A DNA stretch of 64,000 nucleotides from Minutocellus sp. GHC0000111 (taxonomy: Eukaryota). Numbering within the stretch: the first letter of the stretch is position 1; the number at the start of each line of letters is the position of its first letter. The position numbers and the translations under genes were made by a program. Under the pieces are notes generated by a model, which saw only the letters and a program-made list of their open reading frames with translations, was not told the DNA's origin and ran no database searches. Below are positions 34,701 to 46,548 of the stretch, piece by piece. The stretch spans positions 124,001-188,000 of the forward strand of contig OZ361258.1 of NCBI GenBank assembly GCA_977018835.1, read 5' to 3'.

Positions 34701-36353
34701 GATGGTGTCCATGACGGTGAGGAACTGGCCCACGGTACGTCACTCACCGACCCTACGGATGTTCCTGATCTTCCTCTCAAGGATACCGACGGTGATTCCG
34801 TGTCAGACCAGTTGGAGAAGGTCATCGGCAGCGATCCTACCAACCCTCATAGCGATTCCGATGGTGTCCATGACGGTGAGGAACTGGCCCACGGTACGTC
34901 ACTCACCGACCCTACGGATGTTCCTGATCTTCCTCTCAAGGATACCGACGGTGATTCCGTGTCAGACCAGTTGGAGAAGGTCATCGGCAGCGATCCTACC
35001 AACCCTCATAGCGATTCCGATGGTGTCCATGACGGCGAGGAAGTCGCCCACGGATCCTTGCCAACCGACCCTACTGACACTCCCGAGTTGCCTCTGGCCG
35101 ATCAAGATCAAGATGGCTGGAGCGACAAGCTCGAACTTTTATTGGGTTCCGATCCAAATGATCCGAATGACCCTGGTAAGAATGGTATTTCTTCTGGGGA
35201 TCCTTCCACATCTTCATCGTATTTGTGTCCGAATCTCCTCAAAGAGGGATCTTCCCATACGGCTGACGCCTTTGAGAAGTCCGAGGTTTTGTTTTATTAC
35301 TGCGTCGAATCTTCCGCAGACAGTTCTGATGATTTCTTGCCTCAAATTGAAGATGTTCTTTTGGATAAGACACTCGAAGATGTTGTAGATTGTGACTTGA
35401 TGATGGCAAAATCAGGTGCTCGCATGAGATCGCCCGAATCTATCAATAATGCTCATCGCCATCTTCGAGACTCCAGAGCACCAAATCGCCGCCGTCTGCA
35501 GGCAGTCGGCATTAGCTCTCTCCCAGAAGACAAGCTTCGTAGCGACATTTCGTGTACTCCAACAACGAATCCGTCCAACACTGGGTACGTAGTTGAAGGA
35601 ATCATGACGGTCATGCACATCGAAGGTGATGATGCTGATGCTACTGAGGACGCCCTTCGTTTGTCCGTACGCGATGCAATGAACAGCGGTGACCTTGAGT
35701 CGATTGAAACCGTCGAGAGGGTCTCTTATCTTGGATCGACTCTCGAAGAGGTCTACAAGGTTCCCGGTGTTGCCGCCGCTACGACTACGAAGGACCCTAC
35801 CACAGCCTCGGATGATCCGGTGGCCGAAAGCAAGAGCATTCTTGGCACTGCTGTTGGTGTATCGCTCGCCGCCGCATTCATTCTCCTCATGCTTTTATTG
35901 ATCCGGAAAAAGAGAAGGGACTCACATACCGAAGACGAAAAGGCTGGTGCCGCGAATGGTCTTGGCATGGAACTTGACGAAATGTCTCATGAAGATGGAT
36001 GGGACGGCGATGATGTCGAGAATGGCGGAATGACAAATCAAGATGAGAGCGGCAGCTTCCATCTTGGCCGGTATCATTACCATAGTGATGGCCGCCGCTA
36101 TTACAGCAAAAACTGCAGCGTTTGCGCTGAAATGATAGCACAATATGGTGAAGAACTGTATCAAGAATCCAGTTTCTCCCGAGCCGACTCCAAGGATCTG
36201 AGCAAGACACACTCTGCAGTGGACGTACACAATTGTACGTGTCTTCGATGCAACAATGATTTGGGCGCAGCACCAGAAGTTACATTCATAAAGGCAAATG
36301 GCGCAATATGCGAACCGATAGCGGAAGAAACCGAAGATGGGGCCGACTTTTAG
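31759..36353 (+). CDS. Large type I surface protein: signal peptide, ~5 PKD-like domains, DxDxDG (TSP3-like Ca-binding) repeats, TM segment, Cys-motif tail; exons 31759-32781, 32915-34179 and 34295-36353
   Basis: Repeated VDWGDG..H.Y..PG.Y motifs; in-frame GT-AG introns 32782-32914 and 34180-34294; TM ILGTAVGVSLAAAFILLMLLLI; tail VDVHNCTCLRC. Confidence 0.85.
34509..35078 (+). repeat. Coding tandem repeat, 159-bp (53-aa) unit, ~3.5 near-identical copies
   Basis: Units are in register at 34515, 34674, 34833 and 34992. Confidence 0.92.
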
Positions 36354-36387
36354 GACGTTATTAGATTGTAATATTTTAACTACATAT

Positions 36388-36738
36388 CCCTCGTGAAAAT
36401 CTATTGCTGATTATTGCTGTTGACCAGCCTAAACCCCCTCATTACAAGGGTTTAGCAACGCGGGCGAAGCTAGGCGCGGCCTTGATTTGAGTTGACACCA
36501 CCAAAGAAAACTCAGATTGGCCTCATTCTTGTCCAAACCCCCTCCTTTCGAGCCATATATCGATACAAATAAAGAGGGGAACTAACCACTCGAGCGGCAA
36601 ATGCACTTAGCAGTGCTTTTTACGCAAGATTTGCAAAAAGAACGAAGCGAAACGATGACTGCAATCCAATAAAATCGGCTCACATGCTCTCTAAACCCTG
36701 AAAAAATCAGGGTTTAGATCCAAGACTGCTCACGAGGG
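36388..36738. mobile_element. 351-bp MITE-like element, piggyBac-like CCC..GGG ends, ATAT flanks
   Basis: ATAT|CCCTCGTGA (36384-36396) and TCACGAGGG|ATAT (36730-36742). Subterminal CTAAACCC..GGGTTTAG hairpins at 36429-36455 and 36690-36718. Confidence 0.65.
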
Positions 36739-36807
36739 ATATTTATAAAGGAAAGGCTAGCTCTACTGCGTCGCTAGACAGGCGTAGTAAAATATCTCGC
36801 GGAGGAG

Positions 36808-38637
36808 CTAGCGGTCGTTTGCCTCAGATAGTCTCCATTTTGAGGAACATATACGAGTCGCTTGATCTTCATCATGCGTTACCATCAGAATAGTTCGGCG
36901 TAGCCTTTTGATTGTTGCTTCGACTTGAAATTTCGTGGCCTCGTCCAGACCCCCGAGGCCTTCGTCGATCAAAATAATCTCACTATCAAGCATCAGGGCA
37001 ATTGCAAGGAGCAGTCTTTGAGATTCTCCCCCTGATAAGTCTGACCAGGGTTGCCCCATGGCAAAGTCTGGGTCCAAGATTCCCCATTCTCTCAAATATG
37101 TCGCAACTCTTTCGGTTGCAGTTCTTGCATCAGTGTTTTTGTTCTTCTTTTTGTGAGACTTTAGTTGTAACAACTCAGCGATAAGATCCTTCGGTGCACC
37201 AATCAAAGTCGAGGAGACTCCTTGTGGTATATAAAGCACCTTCCGCCTCCATTCGGTTGGCCCATGTGACTTTCGTTCGATTCCATTCAGTTGTATTTTT
37301 GTCATTACCTCTTCTTGAAATGAGGATGAGAGTTCTGCAATAGAACGCATCATTGTGCTTTTTCCAATGCCTGACGTGCCCAGCAAACATGCAATCTCCC
37401 CTTGCTGCAGAGAAATCGAGGCTGTGAATGGCTGTCCGTTTGCGATTGAGCCAAAGAAATCAGCCTCCAAAACTGGGGTCTGATTGGAATTGGGATGGGG
37501 TGCTGCCATGGCCTCGCCATGGAGCTCGATGGTAGATAACTTTTCTGTTCCTCCCGTGTCAGTAGCGTCTTGCCGTGCCATAATGGCCTTATTGGACAAA
37601 GTAAGCCATGCGCCTCCTAACGAAAGCAATTGCGAAACTCCTGGGCAGTCATTCTTTGCAACAAAATTAGTTCTGTAAACACCTCTCCCATCAAACAAGG
37701 TCTCGACAATGAGAAATGTAGTCACTGCCGTCGCCAGGAACGTGCAGGCTGCAATCAGATACATGACCATGATCTGATATCGAGCTGCTCGTACCGGTGA
37801 GGCTCCACTGAGGACCTGGCCCGTCATCATCCCCGGGATCGCAACCAGGCCGATAACATTCATCGAATTGACTGTTGGCACCAGGGCCTTGCTCAGTACA
37901 GAGGATATTGCCATCCACGTGGCCTCCCAGTGAGTTGCACCAAAGGCCAGCAATACGTCAATCCTCTCGGACCGGTTGTGCAACTCTTCTAGCAATTCCG
38001 ATTATGCCAGCGACATTCCGGATAGCGCATTGCTTATTAGCATTCCACCGAGAGGGATGACGACACGAGGACTGTACCACGGCTCCGCTTTAACAACACC
38101 GGATACCGCGAGAGATAGCGTGACGATAACTCCAACAGCCAATCCCATCAGAGAATTTGTGTAAAAACCGGGATAGGTTAGGTTGGAACGAGCCGTTGCC
38201 TCATACGCCGCCAGGGGCAACATAAAGAGGAGCACATAGGAACAAGTGAATAATCTTGAATGATTTCTCGAGTGGAAAATCGGGGTCAGAATCAAGGCCA
38301 GGCAGGATAGCTGAACGAGGGTTCGAATGGCAGCAATTATAATGTCTCCGGACAATTTGTGAAGGCCAAGTTTTGTGGATGCTACCGACGTCAAGAACAG
38401 GAGAGGAAGCGATGCAAGGAGCACCCTGCTGAAGGACAAGTCGTTCTCCAATTCGCCCTGTTGCCCAGCATTTTGTTGCGCATGCGCCGAAGGTGCTGTG
38501 TTGGTCGCTGCGTCGGACGATTCCTTTGGCGCCATACCGTCATCCATTGGAACTTTGGTATTTGGGTGAATATGGCGGCGTCTCATCATCTCATCATCTA
38601 CAGTGTGGAGTGTGGAGTGTGGGTCGGTGGGCATCAT
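36808..38637 (-). pseudogene. Fused UPF0014/FetB (STAR2/ALS3-like) permease and ABC ATPase (FetA/STAR1-like); in-frame TAA at 38004-38002
   Basis: Permease motifs RTLVQL, PWYSPRVVIPLGGMLISNA and GLVAIPGMMTGQVLSGASPVRAARYQI. ATPase motifs GTSGIGKST (Walker A), LSGGESQR, ILIDEG and MVTHD. The two ORFs are in the same frame. Confidence 0.85.
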
Positions 38638-38968
38638 GGGCGGGGGCGGGGCGGGTTATGGCACGTTGCAAGTTGGGCTTTCTCGCTCTTTCTCATCAAA
38701 AGGGGTTGGGGGATTCCCGGTTCTTCTCACTGCTTGATGATGCTGGTGAGAGGCGAGAGAGTGCTGCTCTGCACGTGCGTCATGTACCGGTACATGTAGT
38801 ACCGGTACCGCAATTGTAAATCTCCATGTCGAGTCTAGATCCAGCTGGCTAGAAGATATGATACCAGTGTCTGATATTTGCAGGTGACTTGCAATGTATA
38901 GTACGGTATTACATGTAGTAATTTAAAAAGGTGCTGGCTGGGGACGGCTTCTCATGTTTCTCACATCA

Positions 38969-40009
38969 TCATGGATTCGGTTTACCCTCCAAAATGCTCA
39001 GAAACATGTTCGCCCCTGGCCGTCCACCATGCATCCCTCTGGCTGTAGTGGCAGCAGAAAACGGCATTTTGGCTACATCCGATTGATCCCACGTCGAATT
39101 GCCTCTTGATTCGTTTGCCTGCATGGAATGATTGCCCCAACCACGACCAGCAGCAACATAAGAAGAGGATGACAAAGGATGAACACTGCCTCCACGGGAA
39201 GTACGGCGTTCTGACAAAGCACCACTAGGCCTAGCAATACCAGTGGGAGTACTCACGGCCCTTTTGAGTCCATACGAATTCGAGCGGCTGAGACGAGTCG
39301 ATGTGCTAGGCTCTTGTCGCCGTGGGCTATCGCCATCGTCACCACCAAAGAGACCGGACAACGAGGATACCAAGCTCCCGGCAGAGCTCTTTGCATGAAG
39401 CAAATTACTGAGTGACGAATTGGTCCGTTTCTCAGCGCTGTGGCGTAGCTGTACGTTCTCTTCATGCAGCTCATCGACCCGCTCCTTCCAGCTATCTTCA
39501 CGCTTGACTATCAAATGAAGATCGCGTCGAACTGTCATCGACTCCATTCCCAGGTTGGCGTTTTCGACGAGCAGCTGACCAACCTTTTTCTGCTGCTCCC
39601 GCAGCTCCTCATTCAGAGTATGATTCTCCTTTACGATGTACGCATTTGCCGTCTGTGGTATGTCACGGATAATACAGAAGGAAAGGGGCCAAGAAAGACG
39701 GCAGATTGGTCAGGGTCACAGCCAGCTATAAATACATGTAATGACTACATATACTGGCAACACAAAATAAAAAACATCCGAGAAAATTGAAGAAGCGCAA
39801 AAACACACCTTGGCTTCGGCCAGTTCTAGCTTCAACTGAACAATCTGCCGTTCGAGGTCGGAACAGCGAGCCTTGTAAACATCTTCCATGCATCGTCGCC
39901 TGGTGTTGAGTTTGGATCTGCACTTTGATGTGTCGTCGTCGCTGCTTGATGCCTTGACAACGGCAGGGCGCTCGTTTGTGGCGCCACCGCCAAATGGATT
40001 CCGTATCAT
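38969..40009 (-). CDS. Hypothetical coiled-coil protein; exons 40009-39809 and 39652-38969
   Basis: An in-frame GT-AG intron (39808-39653) joins LELAEAK|TANAYIVKEN to ORF 38969..39547. Confidence 0.75.
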
Positions 40010-40249
40010 TTAGGGGCCAGGCGATTTCTTCGATGCCCGTGCATGTACAGTGCCGCCATGCACAGCAAAAATGGCACGGACAGCCATGCTCGAGAAAGCA
40101 ATTCCGATGACCGTGTCACCAGGCTGCTTGGGCTAAAAGACTCGACTCGACTCGCTCGACATACATTCAACGGAAAGACTGATCCCGCCACGATACGAGT
40201 AAGCAACTTTCCACCTGAAAAGTCAGATAGCGAGTAGGCAAGCTCTGCC

Positions 40250-41098
40250 ATGGGCTGTGCTCACTCCCTGATAGACGGGGGAGATCCGATCCACCATCTA
40301 TATCCCTCAGCTATACCCTCGGATCATGACCCGGATATTCTCGCGTTATGGAATAAGTTTCTCCGTGGCGAGTGTGAACAGTGGAAGGCGTTGGTTGCCA
40401 CGGGCGAGACGGAGAACAAGCCCCCGGCCGTGTATTGGTCCGATCTCTTCAAGAATGAGATGGTGAAGAACATATCGACGACGTATCCAAGCATAGCCAC
40501 CGAATTGGAATCTCGCCCCATCAAAGTGATGGCCAAGATATTGTGCAGCATCATGGAATTCTGTCTCATCAACATCATTACCGACGGTGGCAGACAGTTC
40601 AGCACCGTCAAAACACCCGAACAGAAGAGACAAGAGCAGCTTCAGCGGATTGCCAAGGCGCACTGTAAGAGGCAGGTCAATGATGCAGCATACATCAACG
40701 TGGAGAATGCAATGATGGATGCCCTGCGAAGGTGCTTGGGGATTGAATTTACTCCCGACATTGAAGTTAGATTGAGGTACAAGTATGCTCGCGTGAAGAG
40801 AGACATACAGAAGGCACAGCAAATCTTTGAGAAGGAGAGGGAAGGTGAGGCAGAGATGCTGCGGAGGGAGGCCAATGAACGGATGGCACAGATAGAGGAA
40901 GAGCAAGCAAGGGTAAAGAAGGGGAGGGAATCAGAAGCCAATAATTCGACCAAAGAAATCAATGGTAGCAATGCTACTGTCTGCCCAATGAGGAACCAAT
41001 ACGCCAAGATGACGGCATTTTCTGTTCGAGACATCGACAACAACTCGTCACGCACTTCAATTGGGGGAAGGGAACAGATCCAAAAAGATCAAGGCTAA
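40250..41098 (+). CDS. Globin-domain protein with N-terminal MGCxxS acylation motif and coiled-coil tail
   Basis: MGCAHS start. LQRIAKAHCKRQVNDAAYINVENAMMDALRRCLGIEFTPDIE fits globin F-G-H helices with a proximal His. Confidence 0.7.
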   Translation: MGCAHSLIDGGDPIHHLYPSAIPSDHDPDILALWNKFLRGECEQWKALVATGETENKPPAVYWSDLFKNEMVKNISTTYPSIATELESRPIKVMAKILCSIMEFCLINIITDGGRQFSTVKTPEQKRQEQLQRIAKAHCKRQVNDAAYINVENAMMDALRRCLGIEFTPDIEVRLRYKYARVKRDIQKAQQIFEKEREGEAEMLRREANERMAQIEEEQARVKKGRESEANNSTKEINGSNATVCPMRNQYAKMTAFSVRDIDNNSSRTSIGGREQIQKDQG

Positions 41099-41192
41099 AG
41101 GGAAGGTTGCATTTAAAAATATTCCATATCATATCACGTAGAACTATATTGGTTGGTATTTATTTACACATTGCATTGCATTGCTATTGCCT

Positions 41193-43249
41193 TCAATTCT
41201 TCTCAGCATGGATATAATCCTCAAAGTGAAATGAATCGATCTTCGTGTCCAGTGACTTCTTCTTCTTCGACAACCCTAAAGCTCCAGCCACCGAAGCTAC
41301 CGTGGTGGCTGCTGCTGATTTCACCAGGCCCTTTGGAATCGTACTACTTCCACCGACCACCAATGATGCAGTAATTGCTGCTAAAGAGGCTCCACAAGCC
41401 CCAACCAACGCCGTCTGAACCGTCTCACAAATTTTACGAGATTTCTTGCATTTGGCCAGTTCAGCTGAACATATGGCACAGTTGGCTGTATGGGAAGTAT
41501 ACCGATCTAAGAGTTGCGAACGCGGGACATTGTCTCCATATGCCTCATTGCTTTGATACGAAACAGCATCAGCGGCGGATGCCCCTATGATCGAAGACGA
41601 TCCATCCTTGTCCGACGCTATTGCTCGAGCTGCAGCAGCATCCAAATAGCGGCGATAGGCATTGAGCAATACGTCGGCAGATGATGGGGTCGAATAATCT
41701 CTGAATGTCAAACCAGACCTCCGCATTCTGTCACCTTGCTTATGCAGGAAGATTCCATCTCCATCAAAAATTGCATGAGAAATAGAGTGTGCTCGCACCG
41801 ATGCTGGGTTCATCAGCTTTTTCATAAGATATTTCTTAAGAAGAGCAGGCGGGGAATATTTCGTCAGACGCGACTTCAAAGTGGTGGCAGGAGGTGGGGC
41901 CGGAGAGTCGATAGTATTCCATAAAAAGACACGGCTTCTACCTGCACTAGTTGGACTCATAAATTGTTCAACTTGGCCGTCTGTTCCTGACACCCTCTCT
42001 CTACGATATCGAATATGGCACGGCTCAAAGAAAGAAATAGTCGCATTGGCATCTTCAGAGACAAAGTTCGGGAAACGTTTCGCAATCGACAGGAATATTG
42101 GATCTGTATGCGATGCATTCGCAACTTCAACCTGGTGGAGCGGAACGGCGTGTTGGTTCGCAAATCCATTCTCTTTGTTGAACTTCTCTTCCCAAAGGGA
42201 GTATTCCTTTCGCTCCTTCTCAGACATGGTACGCAAGGGCAACTCTCCCCCCAAATCCCGATCAAGCCCTCCAACCGAATGATGAGAAAAGGGCAAATGA
42301 CTCAAGTCCAGCAGATTTTCACCCAAATATTCCATGCCGTAAGGTAAGTCTGAGTGCCAATGTAAATATCACGATAAAGCATAATGAAATTAGATTCACG
42401 TCAATTGGAAGCCAAAGACATGCGATATCATTCCAATGCAACATCCTTACCTCTCATAAAGCATGCGTTGGCGCCAAACTTTTCGTGATACTTTCGTACA
42501 AGAGGTGAAATGGGCAACACAACATCCTCAGCCGTCGCCCATGTGTTTGGATCGGGATCTGACCATACCCAGACCATGCCCGCCTCTTCCCTCACGGGAT
42601 ACGCCGGTACTGATGCCGCCCTTTTCTCATCAACACCGCCCTGAGAAGGAGATTGCTGAGGCACTCGAGTGCATTTACCCTCGGTGGAGAATTCCCACCC
42701 GTGATAGGCGCATTGGATGGTGCATCCTGAGCAGCCTCCTGTCTCTGCTGCCGAAGTGTCTTTCTCATCGGTTTCTGACCTAGGAACGATCCGACCCTCA
42801 CTCAATGGTGCAAACCTATGCGAACAGCGATCGGCTAGGCACTTCCATTCCGACGTCCCAGCATCATAAAATAGCACCAGCTTCTGTCCCAGCAGCTCGA
42901 TGGCATAGGGACGATCATCCTCAAGCGCCGTGATGATCGAAACGGGGAACCAATTTTGATGCAAGGGACGGATGCTAGACGGGGAGGAGCTACCTTCAGC
43001 TGGTTCCTCGGTAGGAGGCGAGATTGTTGACTCCTTAGCATTATCATCATTTCTTTTCTCGCCATTCGGCAACGATTCGATTGATGACGCCGATAAACGA
43101 AAGAGTGGCGACCGAGATGCACTTGTTGGATTCGTTGCTGGCGTGAAACCGAGAACGAGGGGTGGAGCTACCGAGCAGAGGGCGGCTGCTGCCACCGCAA
43201 GCGGGAAAACCAGGTGCCTACGCGTACTAGAAGTAGACATATTTCCCAT
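41193..43249 (-). CDS. Plastid-targeted Rieske oxygenase, pheophorbide a oxygenase (PaO/Tic55) family; exons 43249-42451 and 42349-41193
   Basis: DRCSHRFAPLSEGR and IQCAYHGWEF (Rieske), ENLLDLSHLPFSHH (mononuclear Fe), LDRYTSHTANCAIC; intron 42450-42350. Confidence 0.9.
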
Positions 43250-43344
43250 GTTGCGTTGGTTCTGACCTCACCTACCTCACCTCGGCTGGCATCGCTATCG
43301 GCAGAGACATGAAAACTGTGAAAAACACGTCATTGCTGCGGCTG

Positions 43345-43391
43345 CTCTCGCTCTCGCTCTCGCTCTCGCTCTCGCTCTCGCTCTCGCTCTC
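43345..43391. repeat. (CTCTCG)n microsatellite, ~8 units, in a divergent promoter
   Basis: Directly visible. Confidence 0.95.
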
Positions 43392-43666
43392 ATGTCTCGA
43401 GTACGTACACTTCCCGTACATAAAACGTACGAACCTTTCGTACGTAATTGACGTCTGACACGAGACGACGGCGCGCGCGCGGCGAGAGACGAGACGTCCG
43501 CGCACTTTTCGGTACAGCGTACCGAAATGACCGTGGCATTTGACTTACTCGACTGGCGACAGATCGCCGATCGGCGCTCTAAAGTACACAATGCCAGACT
43601 TTTTCGCCAGTCGAGCAAGTCTTCAAATCGGTATGTACCGAAAAGCGCGCGGAAGACGACGCGACG

Positions 43667-44788
43667 ATGGCGACGATACGATGCCAGTCTGATACTCGTA
43701 CATGTAGTCCATCGCCAGTAGCAATTCACCTCAAGCAGCCAGTTACCATGCTGAACTCCGCCTGCGTTTGCATCTGTCGTGTCCGCGGCTGCGGTTTTGT
43801 CACCACCCTGACCGGCCGTGCTGTCTCCCGCAACAATGGTTTCGCTCGAACAGGTGGTTGTCGTCGCACCATCATAACCCAAATCTCACCGACAACCAGC
43901 ATCCTCCGTTCCGATACCTGCGACAACGAGGTGTACCTTCTGGGAACTGCTCACATATCCGAGTCTAGCGCCAATGAAGTACGGCAGTTGGCCGAGGTAG
44001 TGCGCCCACAACAATTTTTTGTAGAGCTAGATCCAGCGAGAGCGGCACGACTTCGTGCCTCTGTGACCAACGATATGACAGCGAGCGGTGCTACGAACGC
44101 CGAAGACTATTTCGAAAAGACGATTCACGAGGCCATCAAAAGTTACACCAAGGCATCAGGTGGCGGTGATATTGGTGGTATGCCCCCATTTCCTCCTCTT
44201 CCTGGGATGCCTGGCGGTGGATTTGGTGGAGGCGGTGGCGCTGGCGCTGGCGGGCCTCAAGCCGACTGGCTCAAGGCGGGCTTTCAAAGCTTTTATAAAG
44301 TTTTGAAGCAATATGGATACGTTCCAGGCGTGGAGATGCTTGCAGCGATGGACGAGGCCGATCGAATCGACGCGGATATCTTTTCTGGAGATGTCAATGC
44401 CGACGAAACATTGCGCGATTTGTGAGCTGCGCTGAATCCTGCCATGCTGATGCGTGCCATGTCAACGCCGCCACCGGCCGAACTGGCAGAGGTACTGGAA
44501 GGTATGTTTACAGCCGGTGGATCTTCGATGATGGATAGCATGGGAGATCGAGTTGAGGCCCTCAAGACAAGAGAAAATGCTCGACAAATGACTAACTGGA
44601 TGGAACGAGCATTGCCAGAGATTGCGACAGTGATGATTCACAAGAGGGACAAATACATGGCTGCAAATTTACGGAGGCACTGTTCACAAGGGAAGGTTCT
44701 TGCCGTTGTTGGTTTGGCCCATGTCGACGGTATTGAAAGGGAGTGGCAGAGATTGGGAGAAAAGTCAACTGCTGCCTTGCCGCAGTGA
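43667..44788 (+). pseudogene. TraB/PrgY (TRABD) family protein with in-frame TGA at 44423-44425
   Basis: EVYLLGTAHISESSA, FVELDPAR, PGVEM, KRDKYMA and VLAVVGLAHVDGI. ORFs 43667..44425 and 44444..44788 share a frame. Confidence 0.8.
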
Positions 44789-45054
44789 TGGCGTGAGGGA
44801 ATGTGTGTTAGGATTGAGGAGAGAGAGAGAGAGAGATGCCGATATTGTCAAGTGATGGATGTTGTATTACAAAGAAAGGGTAATTTCCTGCTGTGGCACA
44901 GCTCATGTAGATCTAGAGACAAGACCTCCTCTTCAGAGCTTGAGCAGCTTTGTGCAATTACTAGCTAGTAGGCCTGCCGGTACTAGATCTACCGGAACTT
45001 TTCTGCAGTTGTTGTTGGCGCTTGGCGCAGAGCCCACCATCGAATAGGGGTAAA

Positions 45055-46548
45055 AGAGTGATTCCACGCGACCGCCGACAAAATCGCCGTAAATAGTAAG
45101 GCACTAGGAAATTTTTTTGTGCGATACTTTATGCAGCGCAAAAATGAACCCACTAAATGGCCTCTCTCAACACGGCGAAAGCAAGGAGAATTCATCTCCA
45201 CAAGAAGGCCACCAAATGATGGTATAACGATAAATAACTCCAAGCCAACCGATGTATACGCCAACTACATGCGTTAGGTGAGTATTGCATACTTGAAAGC
45301 AAACTCATTCGTACATCATGTGCTATTTTAGCAACATCTCCTCATGCCCAGAAATTTTCAATATTTTTTTACCCTCAAAATGGCAAAGAATGATGGCTGA
45401 TGCTTGTCTACATCCATTTCAATCCTCCCTGACCGGCATTACTTTCACTTGGGTAATATTGGGAGCAAGTTTGCGCCAGAGGGTCGATATTGGGCCCCAT
45501 CTTTGTATCATTGTGGCCGTCACCATGGAAAGCAAAAACATCTGAAAGTAGCAAATCCCCAACTACAACCCCCTTCAAGCCTCAACCACTGTTCCTTCAC
45601 GCAATATCAGCACGCACGATGCTCATTCTATATTACATCCATCGATCTCACGTGTTGGTTTGGCCGCTTTCTCCGGTTTCGTTCCTCTCGGGCGGCAGAA
45701 GCAATGAAGGTGAAATCTGGTGCCGACATCAGAGACACGGGACTTTGGGAATAGTTTTCTCTATGAATTGTCAAGAAATGCCACCACCCCCCACTCAAAT
45801 GCGCTTGGTATATATATGGGTGAAGCTTCGACGGCTCAGTGCAACGGAAGTGGTGCATGGACCGCATAAAAGCATCCGGACCAACTTTCGGATGGGTGGT
45901 GTAATGGGGGTGGTAATGGCGCTGGGCCACATTTCGCGGTACAGGCACGCACCGACGCACCGCTATCGCCCAAAAATCCCTTCCAGTAATATTCAGGAAG
46001 GCATCTAGGTGGTCAGAGTGTATGCGATGGCCGGGGTGGTGCTGTACATCGGGCGAACATGGTCGTGATGGAACGTCGGAAACTGTCGAAAAAATCGGGT
46101 CTAACGCGAACGAATTTTTCAAGGCTCAAAAAAGTAATTGCAAGTCTCCTGCTGCACCACAGTGTTGTGAAAGGCTATTACAAGGGTATGGTGCCCCGTA
46201 GTCTTGATTGTTCTCAATGGGAGGCACGTCGGCGACACATGTTGTGGCCCCATTCGTTGAACGAAATGGGTTTTGTTTCGTTATAAAGTTTGATGTATTT
46301 TTTCTTTCTTGAAGCAGCACAAGTGTATTCTACGACATAAAAATAAATTTTCAAACAATAGTGTACCAAAAAAAACACTCTAATACCGTATCTATATCAT
46401 GTGCACCAAGATCATTGTACCAACTTCCTTTTATTGTTGATTATGGTCTACAAAACCCTTCTGAGTAAGGATCATCAAAAAAAGGAAGTTGGTACAATGT
46501 TTACGAAACATCGCGGAGGGGGTGTCTGCTCTCTCGTGAAATCACTCT
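45055..46548. mobile_element. Putative non-autonomous TIR element (~1.5 kb)
   Basis: Left end AGAGTGATTCCACGCGA and the reverse complement of the right end AGAGTGATTTCACGAGA match at 15/17. (T)AAA on both flanks, an AT-richer interior with no convincing gene, and an internal 20-bp inverted repeat. Confidence 0.5.

Noticed and set aside
34509..35078. Regular direct repeats as a CRISPR array
   Set aside because: The units are 159-bp in-frame coding repeats without unique spacers; no cas genes; eukaryotic context.
36429..36718. CTAAACCCT as a telomerase RNA template or interstitial telomere
   Set aside because: The motif is locked in hairpin stems, is not tandem, and lies inside a TIR/TSD-bounded element.
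38002..44425. Alternative genetic code or selenocysteine explaining the internal TAA and TGA
   Set aside because: TAA, TGA and TAG all terminate normal genes in this window; only single internal stops occur and the TGA is not at a catalytic Cys position.
45318..46320. ORFs 45490..46008 and 45628..46122 as host genes
   Set aside because: No recognisable motifs, overlapping on opposite strands, and within an AT-richer TIR-bounded segment.
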